Positions 9,717 through 19,417 of a stretch of 64,000 nucleotides of DNA are shown one piece after another. Source of the DNA: Candidatus Yanofskybacteria bacterium (GTDB taxonomy: Bacteria; Patescibacteriota; Minisyncoccia; 2-02-FULL-40-12; IGHO2-12-FULL-4). The position numbers and the translations under genes were made by a program. The stretch is from assembly GCA_016185525.1 (NCBI GenBank), contig JACPNK010000002.1, positions 75,616 through 139,615 on the forward strand, written 5' to 3'. How positions within the stretch are numbered: the stretch's first letter is position 1; every line of letters starts with the position of its first letter. The notes beneath the pieces are model-generated. The model worked only from the letters and a program-made list of their open reading frames with translations, made no database searches and was not told the origin of the DNA.

Positions 9717-10523
9717 ATGAAAAGATTGACTTTGAATGTTTTTCTGTTAATTACAGCCATTTTTCTTGTTGGCTGTAACGCATCCCCGGATGCGGGACAT
9801 GAAGCCGTTTTAGTAATGAAACCTTTGATTTTTGGACATGGCGGAGTAGATTCCGAACCTATAAAAACAGGTTTGACTTTTATCGCTCCGACGACGACTG
9901 CATTGGTGGTAAACATGCAGCCGCAACAGTTCCAAGTCCATTTTGATGACCTTATGTCGTCTGATGGCGTTCCACTAGATTTTGACGCGGTAATCCGTGT
10001 TAAAATAGTGGATTCGGTTTCATTGATAAAAAACTTCGGACCTCAATGGTATGAAAATAACATTGAAAAAGAATTTGCCAATAGAGTTCGGCAGGCTGTG
10101 CGTAAACACGGTATGAACGAGACGGCAATCAGTACTGTTGCCATAGATGCCATTGACCAAGAGGTTTCAGATGCAATGGAAAAATACATTTCTGGTGCTG
10201 GATTGCCTCTTAAACTAGTCCAGATAACGGTCGGAAAAGCAAATCCGCCTGACTCAATTAAGAGCCAGCGAATTGCCACGGCGGCCGAACAACAGCGCCA
10301 GCTTACTGAACAGCAACGCAAGTTGGCGGAAGACCAAAGAATGTCAGCTGAAAATAGCCGCGCTAAGGCAGACAATGCCTATAGAGAGTCGATGCAATTA
10401 TCTCCCAGCCAATTTCTGCAGCTGGAGCAAATTAAAATGATGCATGATGTTTGTGGAAAAGGCGGCTGTACTTTTCTTGTTGGCAGTGGCGGAGTTACGC
10501 CGGTGCTGGACGTCAAGAAGTAA
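9717..10523 (+). CDS. SPFH/Band-7 domain lipoprotein
   Basis: Lipobox LVGC, SSDGVPLDFD, Q/E/A-rich coiled coil. Confidence 0.8.
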   Translation: MKRLTLNVFLLITAIFLVGCNASPDAGHEAVLVMKPLIFGHGGVDSEPIKTGLTFIAPTTTALVVNMQPQQFQVHFDDLMSSDGVPLDFDAVIRVKIVDSVSLIKNFGPQWYENNIEKEFANRVRQAVRKHGMNETAISTVAIDAIDQEVSDAMEKYISGAGLPLKLVQITVGKANPPDSIKSQRIATAAEQQRQLTEQQRKLAEDQRMSAENSRAKADNAYRESMQLSPSQFLQLEQIKMMHDVCGKGGCTFLVGSGGVTPVLDVKK

Positions 10524-10614
10524 CTGACTTTGCAAAAATTAAATTTGCTAACTACCACATTTCGTGGTAGTTTTTTTTGTGGCTCTTTGAAAGATTATAA
10601 GCAGAGAAGAAAGT

Positions 10615-11281
10615 ATGATAAATCCCAAAACAGAGCTGGTTTTTCATTTTTTCAGGCACGGGCAGTCGGAAGCAAACGTCAAATCTGAGTTTATCAGCGG
10701 AGACGAGGATTCGCCAATCACTCATCTCGGCATAAAGCAGGCGAAAGCTTTGGGACAAAGACTGAAAAAAGAAAACTTAACTTTTTTCCGAGTTTTTTGT
10801 TCTCCGCTCCAAAGGGTTGTTTTAACCGCCAAAATCGTCTGTTCGGTTACAGAGCATGATTTCAAAAAGGCGATTATGGTTTCCGGCTCTTAGAGAGCGT
10901 GAACAGGGGGTTTTGGTTGGTGTCCACAGAGACGAAATATACAGAGGAGATAATGGCCGATTTATAACTTACCAAGGACCTTGGTTCAGGCCGTCTGGCG
11001 GAGAATCCCAGAAAATGGTCCAGAGGAGAGTTTCCGCATGGCTTGAGGAAGAAATTTTGTTGAACGAATCTTTCTTGCAGTCGGAACGGACTTTGCATTT
11101 TGCAATTTTCGGCAGCGGGATGAATTTCAAATGCCTTTTTATGGATATCGCGGGATTTGACTCAAGTTTATTGTGGAAAATAGAGGTGAACAACTGCTCA
11201 ATTTCCCGTTTTAGGTTCACTATCCGCGGTTGGTTTGTTGAATGCATCAACGACACCGGGCACTTGCTAGGACTAATTTAA
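10615..11281 (+). pseudogene. Histidine phosphatase family gene split by a frameshift
   Basis: RHG motif and SPLQR in 10615..10893; ALREREQG, GGES and INDTGHL in the overlapping frame 10856..11281. Confidence 0.8.
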
Positions 11282-11284
11282 TAC

Positions 11285-13120
11285 CTACTCTACAGTAACC
11301 GACTTTGCTAAGTTGCGGGGTTTATCTACGTCGTAGCCGAGCAAAGTTCCAAAATGATAAGCAAAAAGCTGGAGCGGGACTATGTTGAGAAGCGGTTCAA
11401 GAGGCTCCAAAGTTTTTGGCACAAAAATTACATCGTCGGCTAGTCCGGCGATTTTTTTATCGCCCGAAGTGGCAATCGCAATTATTTTTCCTTTACGCGC
11501 TTTTATTTCCTGCAAATTAGAAAGCATTTTTTCGTAAACACTATTTTTATTTACCAAAGCGACGGTCGGAAAATTTGGTTCAATCAAAGCAATGGGACCG
11601 TGCTTTAACTCGCCCGCCGTTTTGCCTTCGGCGTGTACATAACTTATTTCTTTTAACTTTAAAGCGCCCTCAATAGCGGTGGGGTAGTTATATTTTCTGC
11701 CTATAAACATAAAATTTTTGAATTTCAGGTATTTTTTGGCCAAAGACTTAATTTGCCGGTTTTGTTTCAAAATTAGCTCTATTTTTTTTGGAATCAAAGC
11801 CAGTTCTTCAGAGAGTTTTCTTTTCAGACTTTTATTTTCACTTAAGTACAAGGCGATTAGATTTAAGATTGTTACCTGTGAAATAAAAGCCTTTGTGGAC
11901 GCCACGCCAATCTCAAGTCCGGCGTGGTTATAAACTCCGGCTTTAGTTTCTCTGGCGATCGTTGAGCCTACGACATTTACCAAACCCAAAGTTATTCCTT
12001 TTTGCCGGTTGGCTTTCCATAAAGCGGCTATCGTATCGGCAGTCTCGCCGGATTGGGAAATAAAGAGGTGAGCCGTGTTGGGTGTGATAGCGTTTTGGCG
12101 ATAACGGTACTCCGAAGCTTCAATTGTCTTTGTTGAGATGCCGGCGACCTCTTCAAAAAGAAGTTCTCCAAGCAGGCCAGCATGATAAGAAGTGCCGCAG
12201 GCAATAATTTCTATTTTTTCTATTTTTTTTAATTTTTGAGCAACACTCTCCAGCCCGCCGAGTTTTACCAGGTCTTTTTTTGGGAACAGTCTGCCGCGCA
12301 TGGCGGTTCTAATTGCTTCCGGTTCTTCAAAAATTTCTTTTAGCATAAAATGTGGGAAATTTCCTTTTTGGGCTTGTTCTGCAGTCAAATTCAGGTTTTC
12401 TATTTTAGATTTTACCGGATTTAATTTAAAGTCGGTTCCGGAAATCCATCCCGCCTGGCCGTCTTTTAAGTAGATTACCTTCTTAACCTTTCCCGCCAGT
12501 TCTGCCGGATCAGAGGCCAGATAAAATTCTTCAATGCCCAGGCCGAGCACTAATGGGCTACCCAGTCTAGCGAAATATATTTTGTCCGGCTCTTTTGTAT
12601 AGACGATAGCAAAAGCATAAGCGCCAACTATCTCCCGCAGAGACTTTTTTAATGTTTTGTCAAAATTTTTTATTTTTTTTAAATTTTCTTCCAACAAATG
12701 GACAACAACTTCCGTATCAGTCTGTGACCTGAATTTGTGGCCGAGTTTTGTGAGTTTATCTTTTAGTTCTTGGTGATTTTCGATAATACCGTTGTGAACT
12801 AAAAATATTTCTTTTTTGCAGTCATGGTGAGGATGGGCATTGATTTCATCCGGCATGCCATGAGTTGCCCATCGGGTGTGGCCGATCGTCCCAGTGCCGA
12901 TGTTGATACCTTGCGTTGAGCCCTTTCCCTTTGTCACGGTTCCTCTTAAGACCCTTTCAAGGTTTGCCAATTTACCCTGCCTTTTAACCAATACAGGTTT
13001 TCCGTTTTGGAAAAACAAAACTCCGGCCGAGTCGTAGCCTCGGTATTCCACCCTTTTCAAGCCTTCTAAAACAGTTTCCAAACCCTCTTTTTTGCCAATA
13101 TATCCGGCTATTCCACACAT
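11285..13120 (-). CDS. glmS: Glutamine--fructose-6-phosphate aminotransferase
   Basis: MCGI start, EYRGYDSAG, GHTRWATHG, SQSGETADT, PRNLAKSVTVE end. Confidence 0.98.
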   Translation of the reverse strand: MCGIAGYIGKKEGLETVLEGLKRVEYRGYDSAGVLFFQNGKPVLVKRQGKLANLERVLRGTVTKGKGSTQGINIGTGTIGHTRWATHGMPDEINAHPHHDCKKEIFLVHNGIIENHQELKDKLTKLGHKFRSQTDTEVVVHLLEENLKKIKNFDKTLKKSLREIVGAYAFAIVYTKEPDKIYFARLGSPLVLGLGIEEFYLASDPAELAGKVKKVIYLKDGQAGWISGTDFKLNPVKSKIENLNLTAEQAQKGNFPHFMLKEIFEEPEAIRTAMRGRLFPKKDLVKLGGLESVAQKLKKIEKIEIIACGTSYHAGLLGELLFEEVAGISTKTIEASEYRYRQNAITPNTAHLFISQSGETADTIAALWKANRQKGITLGLVNVVGSTIARETKAGVYNHAGLEIGVASTKAFISQVTILNLIALYLSENKSLKRKLSEELALIPKKIELILKQNRQIKSLAKKYLKFKNFMFIGRKYNYPTAIEGALKLKEISYVHAEGKTAGELKHGPIALIEPNFPTVALVNKNSVYEKMLSNLQEIKARKGKIIAIATSGDKKIAGLADDVIFVPKTLEPLEPLLNIVPLQLFAYHFGTLLGYDVDKPRNLAKSVTVE

Positions 13121-13241
13121 ATATGGTGAAATTTTTTGCGCTTATTAAGTACGGGACACATACCCACAACCTACAACTTATATTTTGTAATTTCAACCAG
13201 AATGTTTTATGATCTTGCGAAACTTGAAAGATGGGTGATAG

Positions 13242-13523
13242 ATGGCATTAGAGCACTTTTTCGGCACTTTAACACTGGTATTCGGGATATTGCTGGTAAC
13301 AGTTGGCTTAACGGCGCAGGTTGTAAAAAATTATCGTGAAAAAAGATGCGGCAATCCGATTTTACTGCTGATCTTGGTTGCTTTTGCCAATATGTCCAGA
13401 ATAGGTTATGCCGTAACGCTTGGCTCTTGGTATCTGTTGATTCCGGATGTTCTTGGCAGTATCCTTCTGGTTATAAATCTTTATCAGTTCTTTTGTTATA
13501 GAAAAACTAAAATCACCGACTAA
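13242..13523 (+). CDS. PQ-loop/SemiSWEET-like small transporter
   Basis: 93 aa, three hydrophobic segments, AQVVKNYREK at the PQ-loop position. Confidence 0.6.
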   Translation: MALEHFFGTLTLVFGILLVTVGLTAQVVKNYREKRCGNPILLLILVAFANMSRIGYAVTLGSWYLLIPDVLGSILLVINLYQFFCYRKTKITD

Positions 13524-13634
13524 TGTCGGTTTTTGTTTTTAGACTGTTGGACTAAGACTCGCTTGCTTGCTTGACAGGAAACTGTATATCTTCTAAGATA
13601 AAGCGGTTTTTGAAACTTTAAAATAGGGAGTTGC

Positions 13635-14198
13635 ATGAAAGAGGGACGTTTTACAGCAAAAGCAGGTTTTGTCTCACTAGTTTTTTCGAGTTTTTTACTG
13701 GTAACTGCTTATTTGTTTGTAATGGGCGTTATTATATATTTTTTCTTTTGGCCTGGTTTGCCGGCTAGTTTAGAAAAAACAGCTTTTGGTTCAGTTTATG
13801 GCCGTGGGAAAATATTCACTTTTGATTCTTTAGATGAAGATACTGGTTCTATCGTCTTTAAGGATGTCTACGTCCAAGGTCTGTCAGATAGAAAAACCAG
13901 CCTGTATTTAAAAGTCAGGCCGGAACATCTTAGTCGGGTTAGGGTTAAAACAGACATTTACCTTGAGGGTACGGCCATTTCAACCAATATCCCATTCTTC
14001 AAAAGAATACATTCTCACAAAGGCAGAAATATTTTCGTCGAGGTTGAAGAGGTAACAATCTGGGTCCAAAATCAGACAGAAAAAGATGAATGGAACAACT
14101 GGCTGGCTAATTTAGAAAAAGACCGTGACGATTTTTTAAGGTTTAGATTAGAAAAAGAATTGACAGCTAAACACCTTCGAAAAGTGAAACCCTCCTAA
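13635..14198 (+). CDS. Hypothetical membrane-anchored protein
   Basis: 187-aa ORF with upstream TTGACA, GGGAG SD, N-terminal TM and a downstream hairpin. Confidence 0.65.
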   Translation: MKEGRFTAKAGFVSLVFSSFLLVTAYLFVMGVIIYFFFWPGLPASLEKTAFGSVYGRGKIFTFDSLDEDTGSIVFKDVYVQGLSDRKTSLYLKVRPEHLSRVRVKTDIYLEGTAISTNIPFFKRIHSHKGRNIFVEVEEVTIWVQNQTEKDEWNNWLANLEKDRDDFLRFRLEKELTAKHLRKVKPS

Positions 14199-14264
14199 TT
14201 TTTTAGGAGGGTTTTTTATTCCTACTGATAAGTACTGAGAAGTTGAACTGAGAAGTTGAACTTC

Positions 14265-16046
14265 TCAGTAGGTTAACCTATAAACAAAGATTGAGTTGCC
14301 GATAGCGGTAACGGGGGTGTGGTTTTGGAGCCAGATGTAATTTACTGACTTGTATTGGTCCGGCGGGCCTTGCGATGACTGCAAAAAAGAAGCGGAGACG
14401 GCAAGCCAGCCGTCTGTTTGATTTCTGGCGGCAAAATCTTCGGCGTTAAGATATTTGGTTCCATTGAGAGCTTCGTACTTGATTCCCAGGTAATAATAAG
14501 GATCAGCCCAGCCGAAGTAATCAAATTCAATTTTGGGAATGTTGTTTTCTTTAACCCAATCAGAAAAACGTTTTAAATCTTGGCCCCAGTCAAGATTTGA
14601 GTCCACAACATAGCGGTAACCGCCTGACGGTCCGCCGACTGTTTGGTTGAAGTAGGTTAAATAGTAAGGACTGACAGAAAGATTTTCAAAAATATACCAA
14701 CCCAACAATGTTATAAGTAATAGGTTATGGGTTATAAGTAATTTTTTAAACTTGTAACTTGTAACCTGTAACTTGTAACTAATTCTTTCCAATTGACCGG
14801 AAACTAAAATAATTGCAAAAGGGTAAGTCGGCAACAAGTGCCGGACACCGATATTTAAAGTGCTGTTAATGCTCAAAGCCCAGTAAAAAACCAGCCACAA
14901 AATCATGGCTGTTTCCGTAAAATTATTTTTTACCCAATTTTTAAAATTTAAAAATTGAAAATTGAAAATTGAAAATTGAACTATTGCGCTAATGAGCGCA
15001 ATAGTTAGGAGCCCCCACCAAGCCAAAGGTTCTTTTATAAGGTAAACGATTGGGAAATAGTGCCGCCAGCCGAAACGCGAGACCTCCCCCAAAAAGTAGG
15101 TCGTGTTGCCGCCGACTGAACGCTGGGTCACCATCAGCAAACCCAAACCGTATTGGGCGGCTATCCTTAAGACAGGCTTGTCGGACGCCCAAACTATCGG
15201 GTCAGCCAACAACCTATTGCCGAAAGTTTCTAAAGTTTGATTTGTGTCGCTGTATTGGCGCTCCGGCAGATAGTTCCAAGTATGAAAAGCATAGACGGGC
15301 ATTACAACAATAACGAAAGCTGTTACTGCTAGAAGTATGCTATGAGCGGGGAGCTTTAAGTGATTCTTTTGGGAGATAAACGCATAAATTAAAGCCAGGC
15401 CAAAAAAGAAAGGGATTAGCATAAATGTGGAGAATTTGGTCAAAAGAGCTATCCCTAAAAAAATGCTTGCCAGCCAAAAATTTTTGGCAGTTTGATTTTT
15501 TAAGTAGCGAAAGAAAAAGTATGTGGCATACAATATGCCGAAAAGAGCCGGGATGTCGGTGGTGACGAAACGGGAATGGGCTAAAACCGTCGGCGAAAAA
15601 GAAAATAAGATTAAGGCTGTTAGTCCGGCTTTATTGCCGTACAGTTTCTTTGTCCAACGAAAAATTAAAATTGCCGATAAGATAAAAAATAAAAGCATCG
15701 GCTGTTTTACTAAATGGGTGATTTGATTGGCGTTGTTGCCGGAATTGAATATCAGTTTTCGGCCAAATTCCCATTGGCCGTTAAGGTCGTTTTGCCAAGA
15801 TTTTGTATCAAAAACGTCTTGTTTAAGTTTTAAAAAGAGCAAGGGAATGGCCGCCAAGTCTTTGACCAAAGGCGGATGTTCCGGATTGAGGCGCATATCT
15901 TGCTTAACTAAATATGAGTAACCCGCTCCGATATGCGGTATTTCATCAACAATCAAAGAGTCGTTCCAACTGCTGGTTACCGCCAGAATTACGGCGACAG
16001 AAATAATTAGGCCGGCAAGAAGTTTTGTTTTGTGGTCTGATTTCAT
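14265..16046 (-). CDS. GT-C membrane glycosyltransferase (ArnT/PMT, GT39-like)
   Basis: DEIPH, EHPPL, VTTD, LLTKFS, DSNLDWGQDL; many TM helices. Confidence 0.85.
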   Translation of the reverse strand: MKSDHKTKLLAGLIISVAVILAVTSSWNDSLIVDEIPHIGAGYSYLVKQDMRLNPEHPPLVKDLAAIPLLFLKLKQDVFDTKSWQNDLNGQWEFGRKLIFNSGNNANQITHLVKQPMLLFFILSAILIFRWTKKLYGNKAGLTALILFSFSPTVLAHSRFVTTDIPALFGILYATYFFFRYLKNQTAKNFWLASIFLGIALLTKFSTFMLIPFFFGLALIYAFISQKNHLKLPAHSILLAVTAFVIVVMPVYAFHTWNYLPERQYSDTNQTLETFGNRLLADPIVWASDKPVLRIAAQYGLGLLMVTQRSVGGNTTYFLGEVSRFGWRHYFPIVYLIKEPLAWWGLLTIALISAIVQFSIFNFQFLNFKNWVKNNFTETAMILWLVFYWALSINSTLNIGVRHLLPTYPFAIILVSGQLERISYKLQVTSYKFKKLLITHNLLLITLLGWYIFENLSVSPYYLTYFNQTVGGPSGGYRYVVDSNLDWGQDLKRFSDWVKENNIPKIEFDYFGWADPYYYLGIKYEALNGTKYLNAEDFAARNQTDGWLAVSASFLQSSQGPPDQYKSVNYIWLQNHTPVTAIGNSIFVYRLTY

Positions 16047-16055
16047 TTAAATAAC

Positions 16056-16134
16056 ACCGATTTTTGTGTATGCCTCTTTTTTGCGTCGGACTGTCGCCGC
16101 CGAACTGCAAAAGAGGCATACACATCAAATCGGT
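16056..16134. repeat. Long imperfect hairpin between two glycosyltransferase genes
   Basis: TGTGTATGCCTCTTTT pairs with AAAAGAGGCATACACA; outer ACCGATTT/AAATCGGT. Confidence 0.7.
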
Positions 16135-16139
16135 TAAGA

Positions 16140-17102
16140 TTAAAACCCGAAGTAACTTCTAAACTCCAGCAGAGTTAGTCCGGCCAAGAATAGAGTTACG
16201 GCTAAAGAAGAGACCAGCGAAGCTTCGTGAGGATGTTTGTCGTAAACTCCATACCAGCTTTTAAGCCAAGAAAAGAACCACCAGCAACCTTCGGCAGACA
16301 AAATTAAGATAACCGGCAGAGCGAAAATTGCTTCTTCGGAAAACAACCCCAAAAAGAACCAGGATAAAATTACCGTTTGAGCCGCCGAAAAGTGGCCGTG
16401 ATATTTAAAGCTTTTGACAAGCTTAGAGAAGCTTCTAAACAAGCCCGCTGCCAGCAAAATTACCATAGGCAGAGAAAGAGCGTAAGGCGATATCGTTTCT
16501 CTTGTTTGGCCGAAAGACCAGTCAAAAACACTCCAAAAACGCAAAACAATAAAAACTGCCAGAGATAAAACCACAAGCCATGTGAAACCCTTGAACAAAA
16601 AATTACGGCTGTGAAGATACTGCTCGTGGCCGAAATCTTTTTTAAGCAGGTGAAAGTAAACGAGAATAGCAAGCAGAACTATTGCCAACGGCACGTAAAA
16701 AGGCGAGCTTAGATAAAGGCTCAAGCCGAGAAAAAGTCCGCTGAAAATAAAATTGCATCTGTGATATCCTCTCATGCCTTTCCATAAAAAATACAATGCA
16801 AGCACAAAAAAGTTTAAAATCCAACTGGCCCATAAAGTTTCTCTTGAGATGGCAACATGCCAAGCGGATATCCCCATAAAAAAAGCGGCTATAGAGCCGA
16901 TCTGCCAGCTAAACAGTTCTCTGGCTAGCAGATAAACAAAAGCTACGCCCAGAATACCGCCGCTTGCGATGACTGCTCCCAGCAGCCAAGAATTACCCAG
17001 AGAGGAGAGATTTATTTGGAAGATTCTAAAGAAGATAACTATCGCGGTAATTGCAAAAAAAATAATCTTCTTGCCGGATTTTTGATCTAGGGTATGAGGC
17101 AT
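16140..17102 (-). CDS. GT39/ArnT-like membrane protein, short
   Basis: VYLLARELF, SAWHVAISR, GLFLGLSLY pattern; lacks the N-terminal DE loop. Confidence 0.6.
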   Translation of the reverse strand: MPHTLDQKSGKKIIFFAITAIVIFFRIFQINLSSLGNSWLLGAVIASGGILGVAFVYLLARELFSWQIGSIAAFFMGISAWHVAISRETLWASWILNFFVLALYFLWKGMRGYHRCNFIFSGLFLGLSLYLSSPFYVPLAIVLLAILVYFHLLKKDFGHEQYLHSRNFLFKGFTWLVVLSLAVFIVLRFWSVFDWSFGQTRETISPYALSLPMVILLAAGLFRSFSKLVKSFKYHGHFSAAQTVILSWFFLGLFSEEAIFALPVILILSAEGCWWFFSWLKSWYGVYDKHPHEASLVSSLAVTLFLAGLTLLEFRSYFGF

Positions 17103-17199
17103 AAATCAGCGTCTTTTCATTATATCACAATAATTTATGCGTTTATCACTTATCCACAGCTCTGTTGTCGTAAAAGTCGGTAGATGTTAAAATTTATCT

Positions 17200-19002
17200 A
17201 TGTTCGGAAAAAAAGAAATTATAGTGGAAACTCCTAAAAATATAGAAAAAAGTGCTGAAACCGGAGACCAGAAAAGTCTGGAGGTTTCTTATTTGCAAAA
17301 ACAGATTGCCGCCTTTGATGTTTATAAAGAGATGATCGGTTCTGAAAAAGGCACGGAAGATTACAAGCGTTTGAAAGAAGATTGGATAGAAAAAAGAGCA
17401 GAGATTACAAAGCACGAAGAATCAATGCCGGCAGAACTGCTTGAAGAATATGCTAGCAAATACAACTCAAGCGAGAAAAAAGTTAGGCAAAGGCTGGCAG
17501 AACTAGGAAATGTTGAAACCAACCCAGACCAGAAAGAGCCAGCAGAAAAAACAGGAGAAGATGTTTTGGGGTCAAAAGACATTTGGAAACCACTGGCTGG
17601 AAAAGACGATCCGGAGAAGATGACTTTGCCGGAAAAGAAAAAAAGACTGGACATGGTCAGAGGGGCGGCTGGTCCGTTGACCGTGGCTTATTGGGAAAAT
17701 GCGGTGGCTAACCATCAAGAACAGGAAGTCCGTGAAGAAGCGGAAGAGCACAGAGACGAAATAGCGGATTTGGAGGCAGAAAACGAGGAACTGGAGAAAC
17801 AATTGAGATCTGAAAGAAAAAGAGAGGTTGAGGTCTTTGAGGAACCCAACGATGCGGAAATTAGCCGTTTAGAGAGAGAATCAGAAGATAAGCAAGAGGA
17901 ATTGAAAGAAAAAAAACAAGGCTGGGGCGAAAAGTTTAAGAAAGGAGTAAAAAAGTTTTTTGATAAATTTAAAAAGGAAAATAAAAAAGAAGACAAAAAA
18001 ACAGAGGAAGCGAAAGAAGAAAAGACTTCGGAATCAACAGATACAAGAACACCGGAAGAGAAAATTGTCAGCGGCGAGGAGTATCTTGATGAATCCGGTT
18101 TTATTCATAATCAAAAAGAGGGCAAGGGTTACAAAAAAGTCAGCGGTTTCTTGGCCGAGAGAGCCAAAGGTTTTGTCGGCGGATTTGGCTGGTGGGAATC
18201 TCACCAGGCGGAAAAATTCAGATTAGGCACAAAAGAAGCCGGTATTGACTCTAAGGCGCAGTCTCAACTTATTGAACAAGAAGAGGGTCTACTGGATTTT
18301 GATGATGCTTGGGAAGAAGCGCATGAGATTGAAGAAAAGAGAGCAAGAGAAGAGGAGGTATTCGAAAAAGAGTATGGCGCCGGTGAAGAAGGGGCCAGAT
18401 ACGCGGCTATTATGTGGTTGAGTAATAAAATCTCGCAAAGAAAAAAAGAATATAATCAAAAGGTTGAAGATAAAATTGTTACTTTAACTTTAGAAAAACT
18501 AGAGCAGAAAATTGGCGGGAAAGAGTGGTTTGAAGCATACAAAGCGGCTAATGGCGGCAGAGCCCTAACTCCGGAAAAAGCGACAGAACTGGAAAAAAAA
18601 GTCAGGGAAAAAATTGGCGAATTGAGAAGAGGCCAATCCAAAAAGGATCTGGTTGATTTTATAAAACTCTCAAGACAATCTTTAGACAAAAATTGGTGGC
18701 ACAGATATATCTATACAGTCGTGGATGCTGTTTTTGCTGGGTTTATGTTTAAATGGGTGGTTGGGAAGTATCTTGGCGGAAAGGCGGTTGAAGTTGCGGC
18801 TGGAAAGGGTGGAGCCGGAAAAGCTTTAGAGTGGGGAATGAAAGACCATGTTTGGGGAGAAACAAAAAGATTTTTAATACAAAAAGGCGTTGACCCGACT
18901 GACTCCAACATTCTTAAATATGCCAAAATGGTGGCCCAACCGGGCGGATACTTATTAAAATTTACACGCGTAGCCGCTGAATTGGCTAAGCTAGGTTTTT
19001 AA
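17200..19002 (+). CDS. Large charged hypothetical protein with a C-terminal hydrophobic segment
   Basis: 600-aa E/K-rich ORF. Confidence 0.7.
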   Translation: MFGKKEIIVETPKNIEKSAETGDQKSLEVSYLQKQIAAFDVYKEMIGSEKGTEDYKRLKEDWIEKRAEITKHEESMPAELLEEYASKYNSSEKKVRQRLAELGNVETNPDQKEPAEKTGEDVLGSKDIWKPLAGKDDPEKMTLPEKKKRLDMVRGAAGPLTVAYWENAVANHQEQEVREEAEEHRDEIADLEAENEELEKQLRSERKREVEVFEEPNDAEISRLERESEDKQEELKEKKQGWGEKFKKGVKKFFDKFKKENKKEDKKTEEAKEEKTSESTDTRTPEEKIVSGEEYLDESGFIHNQKEGKGYKKVSGFLAERAKGFVGGFGWWESHQAEKFRLGTKEAGIDSKAQSQLIEQEEGLLDFDDAWEEAHEIEEKRAREEEVFEKEYGAGEEGARYAAIMWLSNKISQRKKEYNQKVEDKIVTLTLEKLEQKIGGKEWFEAYKAANGGRALTPEKATELEKKVREKIGELRRGQSKKDLVDFIKLSRQSLDKNWWHRYIYTVVDAVFAGFMFKWVVGKYLGGKAVEVAAGKGGAGKALEWGMKDHVWGETKRFLIQKGVDPTDSNILKYAKMVAQPGGYLLKFTRVAAELAKLGF

Positions 19003-19058
19003 GACTTACAAGGGTCACCCTTGTAAGGGAAAAAAGTGTGGTATAATATTGTAAAATA

Positions 19059-19403
19059 ATGAATGCAAAAATAGAAAAAGGAATACAGGAAAGACTGGCC
19101 AAATTACTGGCTGATTCGCCGTTGGCGGAAAACATAAAAAAAGCTTTGCTTGATAATATGGACAAAATCCCGGATTACCATGTTTTTGATTTAATTGACG
19201 CATTGGAGAAAGAAAAAGTAGAGTTGCAAAGAATCGCTTTAGATATCAAACTTTATCTTGAACAGCAGGATAAAGACTGGAAAGATTTAGAAGCCAAACA
19301 AGAGGCAGTAGCTGATGAAATTGTGGACCAGGAGATTCAAAAAATTGAGGATGAGTTCAAATTGCAACAAGCAAAAGACAGCCTCACTCCTGCCACTCCT
19401 TAG
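19059..19403 (+). CDS. Hypothetical helical protein
   Basis: 114-aa ORF with TATAAT upstream. Confidence 0.65.
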   Translation: MNAKIEKGIQERLAKLLADSPLAENIKKALLDNMDKIPDYHVFDLIDALEKEKVELQRIALDIKLYLEQQDKDWKDLEAKQEAVADEIVDQEIQKIEDEFKLQQAKDSLTPATP

Positions 19404-19417
19404 CGAACCTCATACAT

